From Anthoceros angustus (Eukaryota; Plantae; Anthocerotophyta): a stretch of DNA of 64,000 nucleotides. Made by a program: the position numbers and the translations under genes. The stretch spans positions 1,240,001-1,304,000 of the forward strand of contig VJWM01000063.1 of the NCBI GenBank assembly GCA_010909165.1. The letters run 5' to 3'. How positions within the stretch are numbered: position 1 is the first letter of the stretch; the number at the start of each line of letters is the position of its first letter. Shown here one piece after another: positions 10,763 through 22,535 of this stretch. Below the pieces are notes generated by a model that saw nothing but the letters and a program-made list of their open reading frames with translations, was not told the DNA's origin and did no database searches.

Positions 10763-11275
10763 ATGACAAAAAGGCTATGGCTCCTGATCCTCATGGCCAG
10801 GCTATTCGATACCGATACCTCGGTCGATCCTGGAGTTTATCAGACCTGATCCATCGATTATGGGTTGAGGCTGTTGATACATTAGTATGATAAGCTTATT
10901 TGTATGTTTGCACAACCAAAAGGATCTTATGATCGTGTATATAGTGTTTCGTCTATGTGCTTGAATAGACGAACGTGCAGAGTCTCGATCTACAACTACC
11001 ATCCTACATACTTCCGCTGCCTAGCAGGAAGAAGAAATGAAATTCTAATTTATATGGTCTGATTTTCTGGTCAAAAACAGGAAAAGCAGCAGGGACTTCA
11101 ACAGGACTCAGTAGCATTTTTCTATGCTGGCTGAATTTTGTTAAAATCTCTACTCTTCTCCCTGCACGACAGAATTAGCGTATCTACATATAATTATGAC
11201 ACAATTTCCAAAATCATGATTCAGACCTCTAATTCTAATAGATGAGGTATTATCTTGCGCTTGATCTACACCATA

Positions 11276-11590
11276 ATGCCTTCCCGTAGGCGCGGTCGTC
11301 GCAGACCTACACAGAACAGGGAAACAAATCAGCCCAGTGCAGTTGAAGCACAGCAGGAAATTTATTTTGCTGACCAGAATACTCACAATTTGGGCAATGG
11401 TGTGGTGACTGACCGTGATTTTCTGGCCTGGCGCATTGACAATCTACATGCCCAACTTGTCCATGTAATCCTTATGCAGGGTGCTGATTATATGACGCAG
11501 ACCCGAAGGATTATTACCAGAATTGACAAAATCTCTGCTGAAATTTCACAGATTGGTGGGCGCCTGGATCTCCTCATTCAGGAATTATAG
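11276..11590 (+). CDS. Extra 104-aa ORF in the copia 5' leader, unknown function
   Basis: ATG 11276 to TAG 11590: MPSRRRGRRRPTQNRE... basic N-terminus and heptad-like C-terminus (IITRIDKISAEISQIGGRLDLLIQEL). Confidence 0.45.
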   Translation: MPSRRRGRRRPTQNRETNQPSAVEAQQEIYFADQNTHNLGNGVVTDRDFLAWRIDNLHAQLVHVILMQGADYMTQTRRIITRIDKISAEISQIGGRLDLLIQEL

Positions 11591-11988
11591 TGCCCCAACC
11601 ACCCTGAACCCATCTCCATGGTGCAGCCAGCAGTGGGATTGTTCCTGCCTACCCTGTTGCCCACTCCTGAAAAATCGGATGCAAATCGTTAGGGTTTCGC
11701 ATGAACAGACAGTTCATGTGAAAGGGCATTTTAACATTAGGGTTTTATGAAACACATCTGTTCACACTGTCGTTTCGCAGCAAGCATGTCGTTTCATGGC
11801 TCCCCTTTGTGCCCCAATTTCCCTTAGCATTGTAGATACACCTTTGCACAGGTAGATCACTCAGTTAGTCAACAATGTATGGATGATTGGCTACTAGAGG
11901 ACTTGGCTGAATCCCTTTCTCACCTCTTTTTTTTGGAAGACTGGTTGATGCTGGCCAAGCCATCTTGAACACAGGCCAACCTGCAAAT

Positions 11989-13197
11989 ATGTCTAACGTC
12001 AATCCTCCTCCTCCTCCTCCTCCGCCACCACTTTCCCCTCCTCTGCCCCCTCCTCCACCTCCTGGCTCATATAACCCTGTTTTCACATCTGAATTGAAAG
12101 AGAAGGACAGGTTTAATGGTCAAAACTACGAGGTGTGGAGAGTGCGGATGAGGTCGACACTACTGGCTAGAGGAGTCTGGGGCATTGTAGATGGCTCTAT
12201 TCGTGAGCCAGCTCCCACTGCCCTTACGGGAGAGAAGGACAAATGGGCTCATGCTAACAGCATTGGCATTGCCCTCCTTGACTCTGGCCTGACTGAGGAT
12301 CTTATTCCTCAGATTGAATTCCTTACTAAGGCCCAGTGAGATCTGGTCACAATTGGAAAGCCAATACAAGATCAACAATGTCCTCACACTCTGTACATTG
12401 CGCATGGAGTTTTATGGACTAAAAATGCGAGAAGGAGACAAAGTTCTTGCTCACACCAGCAAACTTAGACACCTTCGAGCCCAACTTACCTCCCTCGGTA
12501 CTATGATGGACAAGGTGGACGTGATTGCTCAGTTGCTCATCAGCCTGCCACCCAGTTACCAGAACTTCGTATCTGCCCACAATGTTCCCATCCGACATGC
12601 TATGGCTGCCGGTGCTTCTGGGAGACAAGTTACTATCACCTTAGACGAGGTGATAGGGGCCCTCTTCCAGGAAGAGCAAAGCAGGCTCATGTTAGGGTCT
12701 GGAAAATCCAAAGCTGACAGAGTGCTCACAGCTTTCCGTGGACGAGGGTCACAGAAAGACAAGACGCGGATACAGAATTCACACCAGGGAATTAATCGCC
12801 ATGAAGGCCAACGCAATGATGCAGGTCCTTCTGCTAAACGTACTGGAACTTGTAACTGGTGCGGCAAACCTAGTCATTGGGCTAATGAATGTAGGAAAAA
12901 GAAAGCTGGGGAGCCACGAAAGCCTTCTCATCCTACTGTCAGCGCTGTTGTTCGTGACAAGCCTGCAAAATCAAACAAGCCAGCAGTCAAGATCCTAACA
13001 GTCTATTTGTCTACCTTAACAAGTGATGGAGCAACCTGGTACCTGGATTCTGGGGCTACAACCCACATATGCAGGGATGAGTCCCTCTTCACATCCATAA
13101 CTCCCTCTTCTAGTATAGACAGAGTGTACTTAGGGGATGAGCGTAACACCACTAGCCTGCAGATACTAGGACAGGGTTCCTGCACATTCATGTTTAC
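11989..13197 (+). pseudogene. gag-pol: Copia gag + aspartic protease (frameshifted, truncated)
   Basis: FNGQNYEVWRVRMRSTL, LLISLPPSY, CCHC knuckle CNWCGKPSHWANEC, protease WYLDSGATTHIC. One extra C near 12332 (AAGGCCCAGTGAG) shifts the frame. Confidence 0.9.
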
Positions 13198-15994
13198 CTT
13201 TAGCAAGACAAGTGAAGTCAAGACGATAGAGATCATGCTCAGGTAGGGCCTTGAAGATGCACACAGAGGGTGAGTCCTTTCTTAAGAAGCAACAGGAGCC
13301 TTCTTGAGCTGTTAGCTGGAAGCTTCCAAGTTTAAGAAGTCTACTTAGTGACAGCAGGTTTTTGGCCATGCTGGGCACATATAGAACCTCTGTCAGGGTT
13401 AAAGTAGATCCATCACTTAGCGGAAGATCCTTTTTACGTCTGTCCAATGGGCACGACCTGGGGTATCTAGGAATTGGGATACAGTACTAACAGAGTGCTG
13501 TATATCAGGTCTAGTCCAGTTACTGATGAAGATCAGGCTGCCGACAGCCTGACGATATGGCACATCAAGCATTTCCTGCTTATCATCATCTGTGGCAGGA
13601 GACTCATATCTGGTGAGTTTTGTGCCTGCAGCGCCTGGTGTAGAAGCAGGATGAGCCTGTCCCATGTGAAACCTGTGAAGAATTTCCGCTATGTATTTGT
13701 GTTGGTGAATGATCAGCAGACCTTCTGACCTAACCCTGAGAACCTGGATTCCCAAGCAGAATAGCAGGTCACCGCTGTCTGTCATTTCAAACGTGTTTCT
13801 TAACAAAGTCTTGACATGTGACAGGATAGCAGGGTTGCTAGCCGCAAGTATGACATCGTCGACATAAAGAGCAAGGATAACATAAGCAGATCTGTCTCGA
13901 AACATGTAGACGTTCAAGTCAGCTGTGCATTGTGTGAAACCCAGAGACTTCAGGGCAGTATCGCATCTTTTATACCAGCGTTCTGCACTTTGCTTTAATC
14001 CATACAGGCATTTAATTAATAGACAAACGTGGTCAGGATGTGCAGGGTCAACATAGCCTTCCGGCTACTCCATGTACAATTCCTCCTCAAGGATGTCATG
14101 GAGGAAAGCCGTGCAAACATCCATCTGTTGTAGCTCAAGGTAATATTCCGCTACAAGAGCCAGAATCATACGAATAGATTGGGCACGCACTACAGGAGAA
14201 AAAATCTCTTGGTAATCCAAGCCTGCAACTTGGGTAAACCCCCTGGCGCACAGCCTTGCTTTATATCGAGCTATATGTCCTTGTGCATTGAGCTTGTGTT
14301 TGAACACCCACTTACAGGTGATTGCTTTTCTTTTGGCAGGTCTAGGAACAAGACGCCAAGTACCATTTTTGATCAAGCTGTTATACTCGTCGTCAACAGC
14401 GAATTTCCATTTGTCCTTGTCTGGTCCAGTGAGTGCCTCTGTGAGAGAAGTTAGCTCTGGAGGCACATCTGGAGGTGAAGAAACTGCTGAAGCAGCATGA
14501 CGTCTGAAGTCTATGCTGGCATATGGAGGTTCCTTCCATTCGGAAGGTGGAGGTCTGTGCCTTGAGGAGCGGCGTGGGCCTACATCCTCGGCGTCTTCCT
14601 GAGGGCTGAGGTGGCTCATCGTCCTCATCAGGTATGTCATCCATCACCTGTGGACCCGGATTGTCCACAAATTCCAAGTCGTCATCTGGATTTTCAGCAT
14701 CCTGTTCAACATGATCGAAATCTAACCCATTCAGGTCTACTGCAGGTGCCAAAGGATCTGGCTGGTTATCATCGTCACCAGCAGTAGGACGTGGAATGGA
14801 TTTTCAGCATCCTGTTCAACATGATCGAAATCTAACCCATTCAGGTCTACTGCAGGTGCCAAAGGATCTGGCTGGTAATCAGCGTCACCAGCAGCAGGAC
14901 GTGGAATAATTGGAGCTGGTGCTGGATTGCCTGCAGGTAAGTTATGGACGATGCCATCAACATCCAAGGGATACAGAGATAAAAGACCAGGTGTGTCCTC
15001 GAGAACTGCGTCTTCAGAGTCAGCTTGCTGCTCAAAGGGATCATGTGGTTCATCTCTCAATGGGGCAGACTGAAGGGGTTCCAAAAACGTAACGCTTCTC
15101 GCAAGAACAGGTTGCCTGGAAATTGGATCAATCAGCTTGTATGCCTTGACTATTTCACTATAGCCCACAAAAATAAGGCGCTTTAAGCGATTGTCTAACT
15201 TCCGTCGTTTTTCTGCAGGTAGATAAGCATAGGCCTTAGAGCCAAAGATCCTAAGATGAAGGAGGCTCGGCTTGCGTTTCCAGAACAACTCGAACGGTGT
15301 TGTGTTAGAGACAAGAGAGCTAGTGGGCAGCCTGTTTACTATGTAGGATGAGGTGACCATTGCTTCTGCCCAGTAGGGTGATGGGAGACCTGACCACAGC
15401 AGCATGGCTCGGGTCATGCCCATTAAGGTCTGGTTTTTCCTTTCAGCAACTCCATTCTGTTGCTGCGTATAAGGCACGATTAGCTGGTGGATAATTCCTT
15501 GTGTGGTGAAGAGGTTTTCGAAGGACTGATTCACAAACTCTGTGCCATTATCAGATCTGAAGATCTTGAGGAAACAGCCTGTCTGGCGCTGCACGGTGAT
15601 CAACCAGTCTTGGAACAGAGGGAAAGTGTCATTTTTCCTCTTCATAGGAAACGTCCATGTGTATCTCGTATAGTCGTCTGTAATAGTGAAGTAATAATCT
15701 GCCCCACCAAGTGAAGAAACCTGAAGGCGGCCAGAGATATCAGCGTGCACTAATTCCAGAGGTTGAGAGGATCTGTGAGCTGGGCCTGTTGGGAAGGGCT
15801 GTTCCTTCTGTTTAGCAAGGGCACATGTCTCACAGAGGGGAAGTGCCTTTAGATGAGCAGGAAGAGGCTCACGATAGCAGTCACTGTTACTTAGGGATGC
15901 TAGGGCTTTGCGATTCAGATGTCCAAGCCTTGCATGCCAGAGAATGGACTGCTGTTGAGCCGATAGGTTTCCTGCACTTGTAGAATTAGCTTTA
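13198..15994 (-). pseudogene. pol: Copia pol block (GAG-pre, integrase, RT; then post-protease linker), inverted and permuted
   Basis: Minus strand from 15994: ANSTSAGNLSAQQQSILWHARLGH..CETC; integrase TDDYTR/RSDNGTEF/NGVAERKN; RT CKWVFKHK..YKARLCARGFTQ..QMDVCTAFL..LYVDDV..WTDVKRIFR; then LSDGSTLTLTEVLYVPSMAKNLLS..DLYRLDFTCLAK. Contains a TAG at 14065, a frameshift near 14600 and a 110-bp duplication. Confidence 0.92.
14687..14907. repeat. 110-bp tandem duplication within the integrase-RT linker
   Basis: TGGATTTTCAGCATCCTG... at 14687 and 14797; 3 substitutions between copies; length is not a multiple of 3. Confidence 0.9.
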
Positions 15995-16620
15995 CATCTT
16001 CTATAGATTAATATCTTTCCAGGAAGAAAATGAGCTTGTATATGTCATACAAAATCATGACAGCTAATATTGTCGCGATTTCGAAGATGCATGTATAGCA
16101 ATTCCCTAACATAGCAGAAGTGAAGAATTTAAGGGGAGGATATTATCTGCACAACCTTTCTGTGGCGAAGATGTACGCTGCCAAATACAGGAAAGGTGCC
16201 AAGGTCTTCGAGAGCACTTGGCACGAGGATTCCAGCACGCTTCTTTTTGGTAGAGAGGGATTACCAAAACTTACTTTGTAGGAAAGAAAAGGAGAATAGA
16301 AGGAGATCATGGTACGATACTGGCCATTTTCTAAGTAAGCTTGTTCACCAACTACTTGGAACATTTGGCAGAGAATTTGAACCACATTTGTCTTACGAAC
16401 CTAACAAATTATGCATCACTCTAAACTTTCTAGAGGCTAAAGTGACTAGTCTAAACATACATACAACGTAGATTTTGAAACCACGCCTCCAATCTCCACG
16501 ATATGAACGAAGACCTCCATTTTGTCCAATGCAATGTATTCCACCCAACAAAGCCTTCATCAATAGAAAATGCAGTCGATGTATTCCACCCAACAAATCC
16601 TTCATTCAATAGAAAATGAA
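15993..16620. repeat. Decayed dispersed repeat, copy 2 (with internal 45-bp duplication at 16534/16579)
   Basis: Homologous to 8297-8565 in the same orientation; ATGTATTCCACCCAACAAA occurs twice at 45-bp spacing. Confidence 0.7.
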
Positions 16621-17336
16621 CTCATTCTTGTTCATAACAAGAGCCGTCTAGCAAAATAGTCCGTCTAGCAAAATACTGCTCAAATTGGTGATAGAATAGC
16701 ATCACACCACACTTAAGCATAAAAGAAGATTTATATCCATTTTTGTTTAATGCAATGTGTTCTATCCAATAAAACTATTGATCAGTAGGAAATGAAGTGG
16801 ATCGTGCTCATAACATTAGCCTTTTAGGATGATAGATAGCATCCCAGCACACTTAAGTGCTGAAACCAAACTATGTTTGTGCACTTCACCACCTCACATA
16901 CCTTTTCTTATCCTTTTAATTTGAACAAATGAGAGATTCGGTTTTATGGGTGAATTTAAAATTTGAATTTGGTTTTTGAATGTTTGAATATCAATTTTAT
17001 GACGAGGGTGACAATGTACACTAGGTGGGGGATTTTTTGAATTGGATCAGAACTTAACTTAGGACGTTTTCAAGACAAAAATTGCTAGTGCTAGTTTCTG
17101 TTTAGCCAGTATGTGGCGAAGGTCCTGACGATTGTAACGATGCGTTGAGTGGATCGCAGGGCTGCAGGGTGGTTGAGCCATCGGAATGTGCGTCGTGTGG
17201 ATTCAGACTCTGCCAGATTAGGTCTGGAGCTGATCGTGCACGGGAGCTCAACGGACGCAGAGCGCATGTTTCTTGTCCAAACTCCGCCGGTGCATCTTTT
17301 CATGGTAGCCCCGAGCCGTGTGTGCTGCTTCAAGCG

Positions 17337-20023
17337 ATGGGAGTTCCCCGTCAGATTGATGGCCTGAAATCGCTATGCTTGATACCTGGAGCGAGTGATT
17401 TCACGCTGCACGGGAGCGGGCCATGGAAGCGGCTGTCGCGTTACCCGGGCCTGGCCACTGCACTCACCGTGGTCGGTGCTGGAGCTGCAATTCTGGCCTT
17501 GAGATACACAGGCAATTCGGTTCGTGTTGCGTGTGTATATACTCCCTTGAGTTGGAGGTGGTGTAACCCCTTGGTGAAGGAGCTAGGAGTGCCTGGACTC
17601 AAGAACCCTGGCAACAGCTGCTTTCTCAACGTCATCCTGCAGGCATGAAGCATGGCTGGAGTCTGGTGCTGCAATTGATGTTTTATGCTTTCGGTTGGGA
17701 GCTCAAGGGCTGGTGTCTTATTTTCGCAGGCATTGGCAAGCTCTGAGGAGTTCATATCCTTTCTGGCACTCGATTGCCGGTTAGCCAGGCGGAATAACTA
17801 TAGCTTGCGTTTGGCAGCACCTTTGCTAGAACTTCTAACTGGTAGGTGAGAGAGAGTGGGTGAATTTGTGGATGCATTGTGGCAGCAGGCAAAGCAAACT
17901 GGTCTGTCCATTTGTGTGTGTTGCTATGCCAGAGCTCTCCGAAACGACATTTGAACGTAAGGTGGCAGATTCTGGTGTTGTGATGCACATCCTCGAACGC
18001 TCTTCAAGGGGCTTCGATCTTAGCCGGCAGCAGGTATGTGCTCGTGTTATGGCTTGCAAGGTGCGTTCGTATCTCAGGTGCTTTAGTTGAAAGGGAACGG
18101 GGTGAATGATGTGGAGTGTTGTGCAGGACGCTGCAGAGTTCCTTAATCGTCTGGCAGAACTGTTGAAAACAGAGCGTAATGCCTTCTTTCAGAAATTGCA
18201 ACCAGATGTGGACTCGTTTGCAGATGTTCCGCTCATAGCTAGTGATGCGAATCCAAGTGCGCGATGCAGTAGAGTCGCGTCTGAGGACAGTAAGAGGCAG
18301 AGGTTGCTGTGTCCACTGGAGGGAAGAACTCAAAGTTTGATGTTCTGCCAGAAGTGTCATCACAAGGTTGCAAGATGTACAAGCCCTCAGTGTGCTTTTC
18401 TTAGATTTCTGTGCAGCTGCTCAGGGAAAATGTACAAAATATGCAACAGCTTGTCCTTTTCTGACATTGCTCATGCAGTTCCCGAGCAACTTGGAAGGTT
18501 TCACCAGCATCCCCCTTGCACTTCCAAGCAAGCGTGGAATCGTTGTGAGTAGTCTGATGCTTCTCTCCATAAGAAGACCCATTCTTTGTTATCACCCCGG
18601 AGCCACTTACATCATCAATGGTTGCAGACGGAAGGATGTGATCTCAGTCGTTGTCTCAACCAGTACACATCAGTTGAGGTGGTTTCTGACTTCACATGCA
18701 TCCGGTGTACACATCGAGCTTCAGCACAACTCCAGCAGGAGCATGAGTTCCTCAAACATCTTGTAGGTAGTCAGTTGCTTCTTTCACGATGATTTTGCTG
18801 TTCAATTGAAGAGTGCGCTGTTCTTTGACTGAGCTCATCGACCGGCTGACAGATAACAGCATGTAATTTGGATGACGAGTGCCACTGTAAGGATGTGACA
18901 GTTCAAATGGGAGGAACATGGAGGAAGGTGAATACACAGGTTCATAGACGCCTCATGATATCATGTGCTCCAAAGGTGATCTTCATGATGCATAATCCTG
19001 TCCTCAAACATACTTAATCTGCTCATCCTTCTGGGGGTCATCTTGGTCCTAGGAGGGTTTGTCACGAGTTATTTTCTGCAGATCTGTGACTGCTATTGCT
19101 AGTTTCATTTTCCTTTGCTGTGACTGACAGGGCGTACCTGAAAGTGGGGCTAACAAATAACTGATTTGTATGTCATTTGAAGGTGACTGATGCTGTGCAT
19201 CCTTGAGCTGTGCAGGTTTTGTGCCTTCAAATTCCTCGAGCAAGGTGTAGTAATTCTGATGGTCATGCACGACCGCAAAAATTGAAGGTTGGTGATAACG
19301 TTTCAGCTGGTTTGGGTCATGACACTGCAGTTTTTTCTGTGTGAAGTCTTTGCTCTTGGAACTCAGGCTGTTGTCATGGGTTCGGGACGCTCTTGTGCCA
19401 AGATCAACATGACGCTGACGCCAAGGTCTAAATGTAGGGTCATGTCAAATTCCCAACATCACTGGACCTGTCCCAATGCATGATTACAGGCGTGCATACA
19501 GATACACAAGGTGATGATACTATTCCTCAGATTTTGCTTCTGCTCATGGAACTGCGTTTGTCAGTTACTTCTTTGATGCCCCTGGGACCCAATAGTCGCT
19601 GCTGCTTGATGTTTTTTGACAATCTCACCGCCCATACCCCTAGCAGACACGCCAGCTCGCTTGAGTATGCAAGGTGATGGGAATGCTGGTGACCTGGTGC
19701 CTGTTGGTCAACAAAGTGCTACAGGAGGTACGTCGTCTGAGAGGATAAGCCCAAGAACCATGTACGAGCTGCTATCCGTGGTCGAGCATCAGGGTTATGT
19801 ACCCGATAGTGGCCACTTTGCGGTCTATCGAAGGGTGAGGATTTCTAAGCCGAAGGGTGACATCGACAGGCGTCGGAGCCAGCCCCGGGACAGTGCTGAA
19901 GTACCTGCATCTGGCCGCACTGTCTGGTTTAAGGTGTCAGACTCTGAGGTGTCCAGAGTTTCTGAAGAGGTTGTCCTGAAGGCTGAGGCTTCGCTTCTAT
20001 TCTACCAGCAAATAGCTGATTAA
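17337..20023 (+). CDS. UBP27: Ubiquitin carboxyl-terminal hydrolase 27-like (USP30-type), multi-exon
   Basis: N-terminal hydrophobic anchor (LATALTVVGAGAAILAL), Cys box VPGLKNPGNSCFLNVILQALAS, QQDAAEFL, His box VVEHQGYVPDSGHFAVYR, WFKVSDSEV...EASLLFY*. The start ATG is inferred and some internal exon borders are approximate. Confidence 0.88.
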
Positions 20024-20781
20024 AGGGCAATACGCAATCAACTCTTTAGGTGCTCCTTGTCACGTCGCTGTCACCTTCCTCTTCTGGATGTTGTGATTTG
20101 TCAGGTGGGACTATCAGCACCCTGCTCAGTCGCTGTATGGGGCTGATCGGAGATCAGTGAATGAGACGGAATTCCCCAACAGAAGTAGGAAGCTGACCAT
20201 TGTGAGTATTCGTCCTTGTCTGTTCTGAATTTTTCGAATCATGCTGTGCTTCAGAAAGCCCCTAACTTGGTGACTAAAATTTCTTGCGGCAGCACCAGTT
20301 GGAGGTAACGCTGGCCTGGACCGTTGGAGCTCGCACCGTGAAACCAGATGCAGTCACTCTAATCTAGCGGTGAACCTCATGGCCTAAAGCCACCCTCGGA
20401 CTACATTCTTTGAGACTCCAAAGTCTCCTTTTTTTTCTGAATCCTTGGAAAGGAAGAACACTTGTGCAGCCTGTAGCATGTTCGTTCTATGGAGCTCCAA
20501 CCTTGCAACCTGATGGATTTATCGGCTAGACAAGCCGGTGGAAGGGAAAGTACAGAACGATTTCTACCGAATCCATTTTGGCGCGCATACAAAAAAGCGG
20601 CTCGTCATTTTATCAAGCTCCAACCTGCGCAACCCCAATACACGCACCAGATATGTATGTATGTACATAGCTCGCCACTGACGTCAGTGCAGATGACCGT
20701 GCGAGGCAGCGAGACCCAGCCGATGCGATGCCGAATTAACCCGCCAGTGGACGCCCGGTATCGGCACAGGTCGGGAGAGCG

Positions 20782-22350
20782 ATGTCGGGACGGGCATTGT
20801 CCCTGCTGGTAGCAGGAGCGGGGCGGAGAGGCATCCGGAGGCCATGGTCGGATGTGGGCAGCCATGGATGGCACGCGGAGAGGGTGGCGCATGCTGCGGG
20901 GGCCAGAGATCTGTCCAGCGAGGGCTCGCCATCCCCGTCCTCGGGGCCCTCGGGCTTGGCTGCGCTGCGGGAGCGGCTGGCGTCCGGCGATGGGCCGAGT
21001 CTGATGGATTTTATCGGCCAGACAAGCCCGGTGGAAGGCTACTCCGTGGAGGTTGGCAGCAAGAAGGATCCCAAGGCCAAGCCTGCGTGGATGAAGCGGG
21101 TCATCCCCGGGGGCGACAAGTACACCGCCATCAAGGCCCAGCTGCGAGAGCTCAATCTGAACACAGTCTGTGAGGAGGCCAAATGCCCCAACATCGGGGA
21201 GTGCTGGAGTGGCGGGGAGACCGGCACGGCCACGGCCACCATCATGATCCTGGGAGATACCTGCACTCGGGGATGCAGGTTGGTGTGCTCGTCAACGGCC
21301 TTGTGGATTTAGGGTTTGTGTTGGGGTTGGTGGTGCTGGATGTGGTGAACAGCAGGCTGGTTTGCTTATCGCAGATTTTGTGCTGTGAAAACGTCTCGTG
21401 CTCCCCCCCCTCCAGATCCTGAGGAGCCTCGGAAGGTGGCAGAGGCTGTTGTGGCATGGGGCGTTGACTACATTGTGCTCACAAGCGTGGACCGGGATGA
21501 TCTGCCGGACCAGGGAAGCAACCATTTTGCTGAGACTGTGAGGTTGTTGAAAAGTAGCAAGCCGTCCATGCTCGTGGAGGCCTTGGGTGAGCCCTGCCTC
21601 TCGTGTCGTTTTCCCCGCTGTTAGGGTTTGGTGGGCAGCAGGGAAGGAAGGAATTTCGGATGCTTTTCCTGCCTGTATGGGGATTGTTGTTGACAAGGTA
21701 TAATTGTTTGGATGGTGGTTGCAGTCCCGGATTTTCGTGGGGAGCGTGAGTGCGTGGAAAGAGTGGCTCTGTCGGGGCTTGATGTGTTTGCACACAATGT
21801 GGAGACAGTGGAGGAGCTGCAGATGAGTGTGCGAGACCACAGAGCAAACTTCCGACAGTCCGTGGACGTGCTGAAGATAGCCAAGGCTGTAGCTCCCTCT
21901 GGCACTTTGACCAAGACGTCCGTCATGCTCGGTTGTGGAGAGACTCCGTCGCAAATTGTGCGAACATTGGAGAAACTCAGGGAGGCTGATGTTGATGTTG
22001 TGACATTTGGTCAATATATGCGACCAACGAAGAGGCACATGCCTGTTTCGGAGTATGTGACTCCGGAGGCCTTTGAAGAGTATAGGAGGCTGGGCATGGA
22101 AATGGTAATTTGTGTGTCGCAACCTGAATTTGTCCAGCCCTGGCCGGCCCTTGATCATCATATGTACCAGGTCCCTTGCTCTGTTCGTAGTGTCATGAGT
22201 TGATTGTTTGTTCGCTGTAATGTGCAGGGTTTTAAGTATGTGGCCTCTGGGCCCCTGGTAAGGTCCTCTTACAAAGCTGGGGAGTATTATATCAAAAACA
22301 TGCTGGACAGCAGCAGGGAAAAATTGCAGGTGGCCTCTGCTGCCCCTTAG
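20782..22350 (+). CDS. LIP1: Lipoyl synthase, mitochondrial-type (radical SAM)
   Basis: [30 protein letters not shown] (CxxxCxxC), [42 protein letters not shown]; TAG at 22348-22350. Confidence 0.96.
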
Positions 22351-22535
22351 ACGAACGGAACAAAGGGTTCCTGTGACGCCGAGAGCAGGATTGAAGGCTC
22401 TGCCATATTGTTTTCGATTCACCAATTTTAGGTTTGCCAGGCCAAACCCGACAAGATTGTTTTTGTCATAAATCAGGAACTTTTCATCATAGGGAAGAGT
22501 TTGACGGAGTCGGATGTCCCCTAAAGTACCACAGC

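Larger units (their letters stand above)
10151..15994. mobile_element. Rearranged, non-functional Ty1/copia LTR retrotransposon (whole locus)
   Basis: Two LTR copies, PBS, PPT, gag, protease, GAG-pre-integrase, integrase and RT are recognisable but in scrambled order and orientation. The RNase H domain was not found. Confidence 0.93.

Noticed and set aside
12314-12345. Programmed ribosomal frameshift in gag
   Set aside because: The shift lies mid-gag, copia gag-pol is normally a single frame, and one extra C in GCCC explains it as a mutation or read error.
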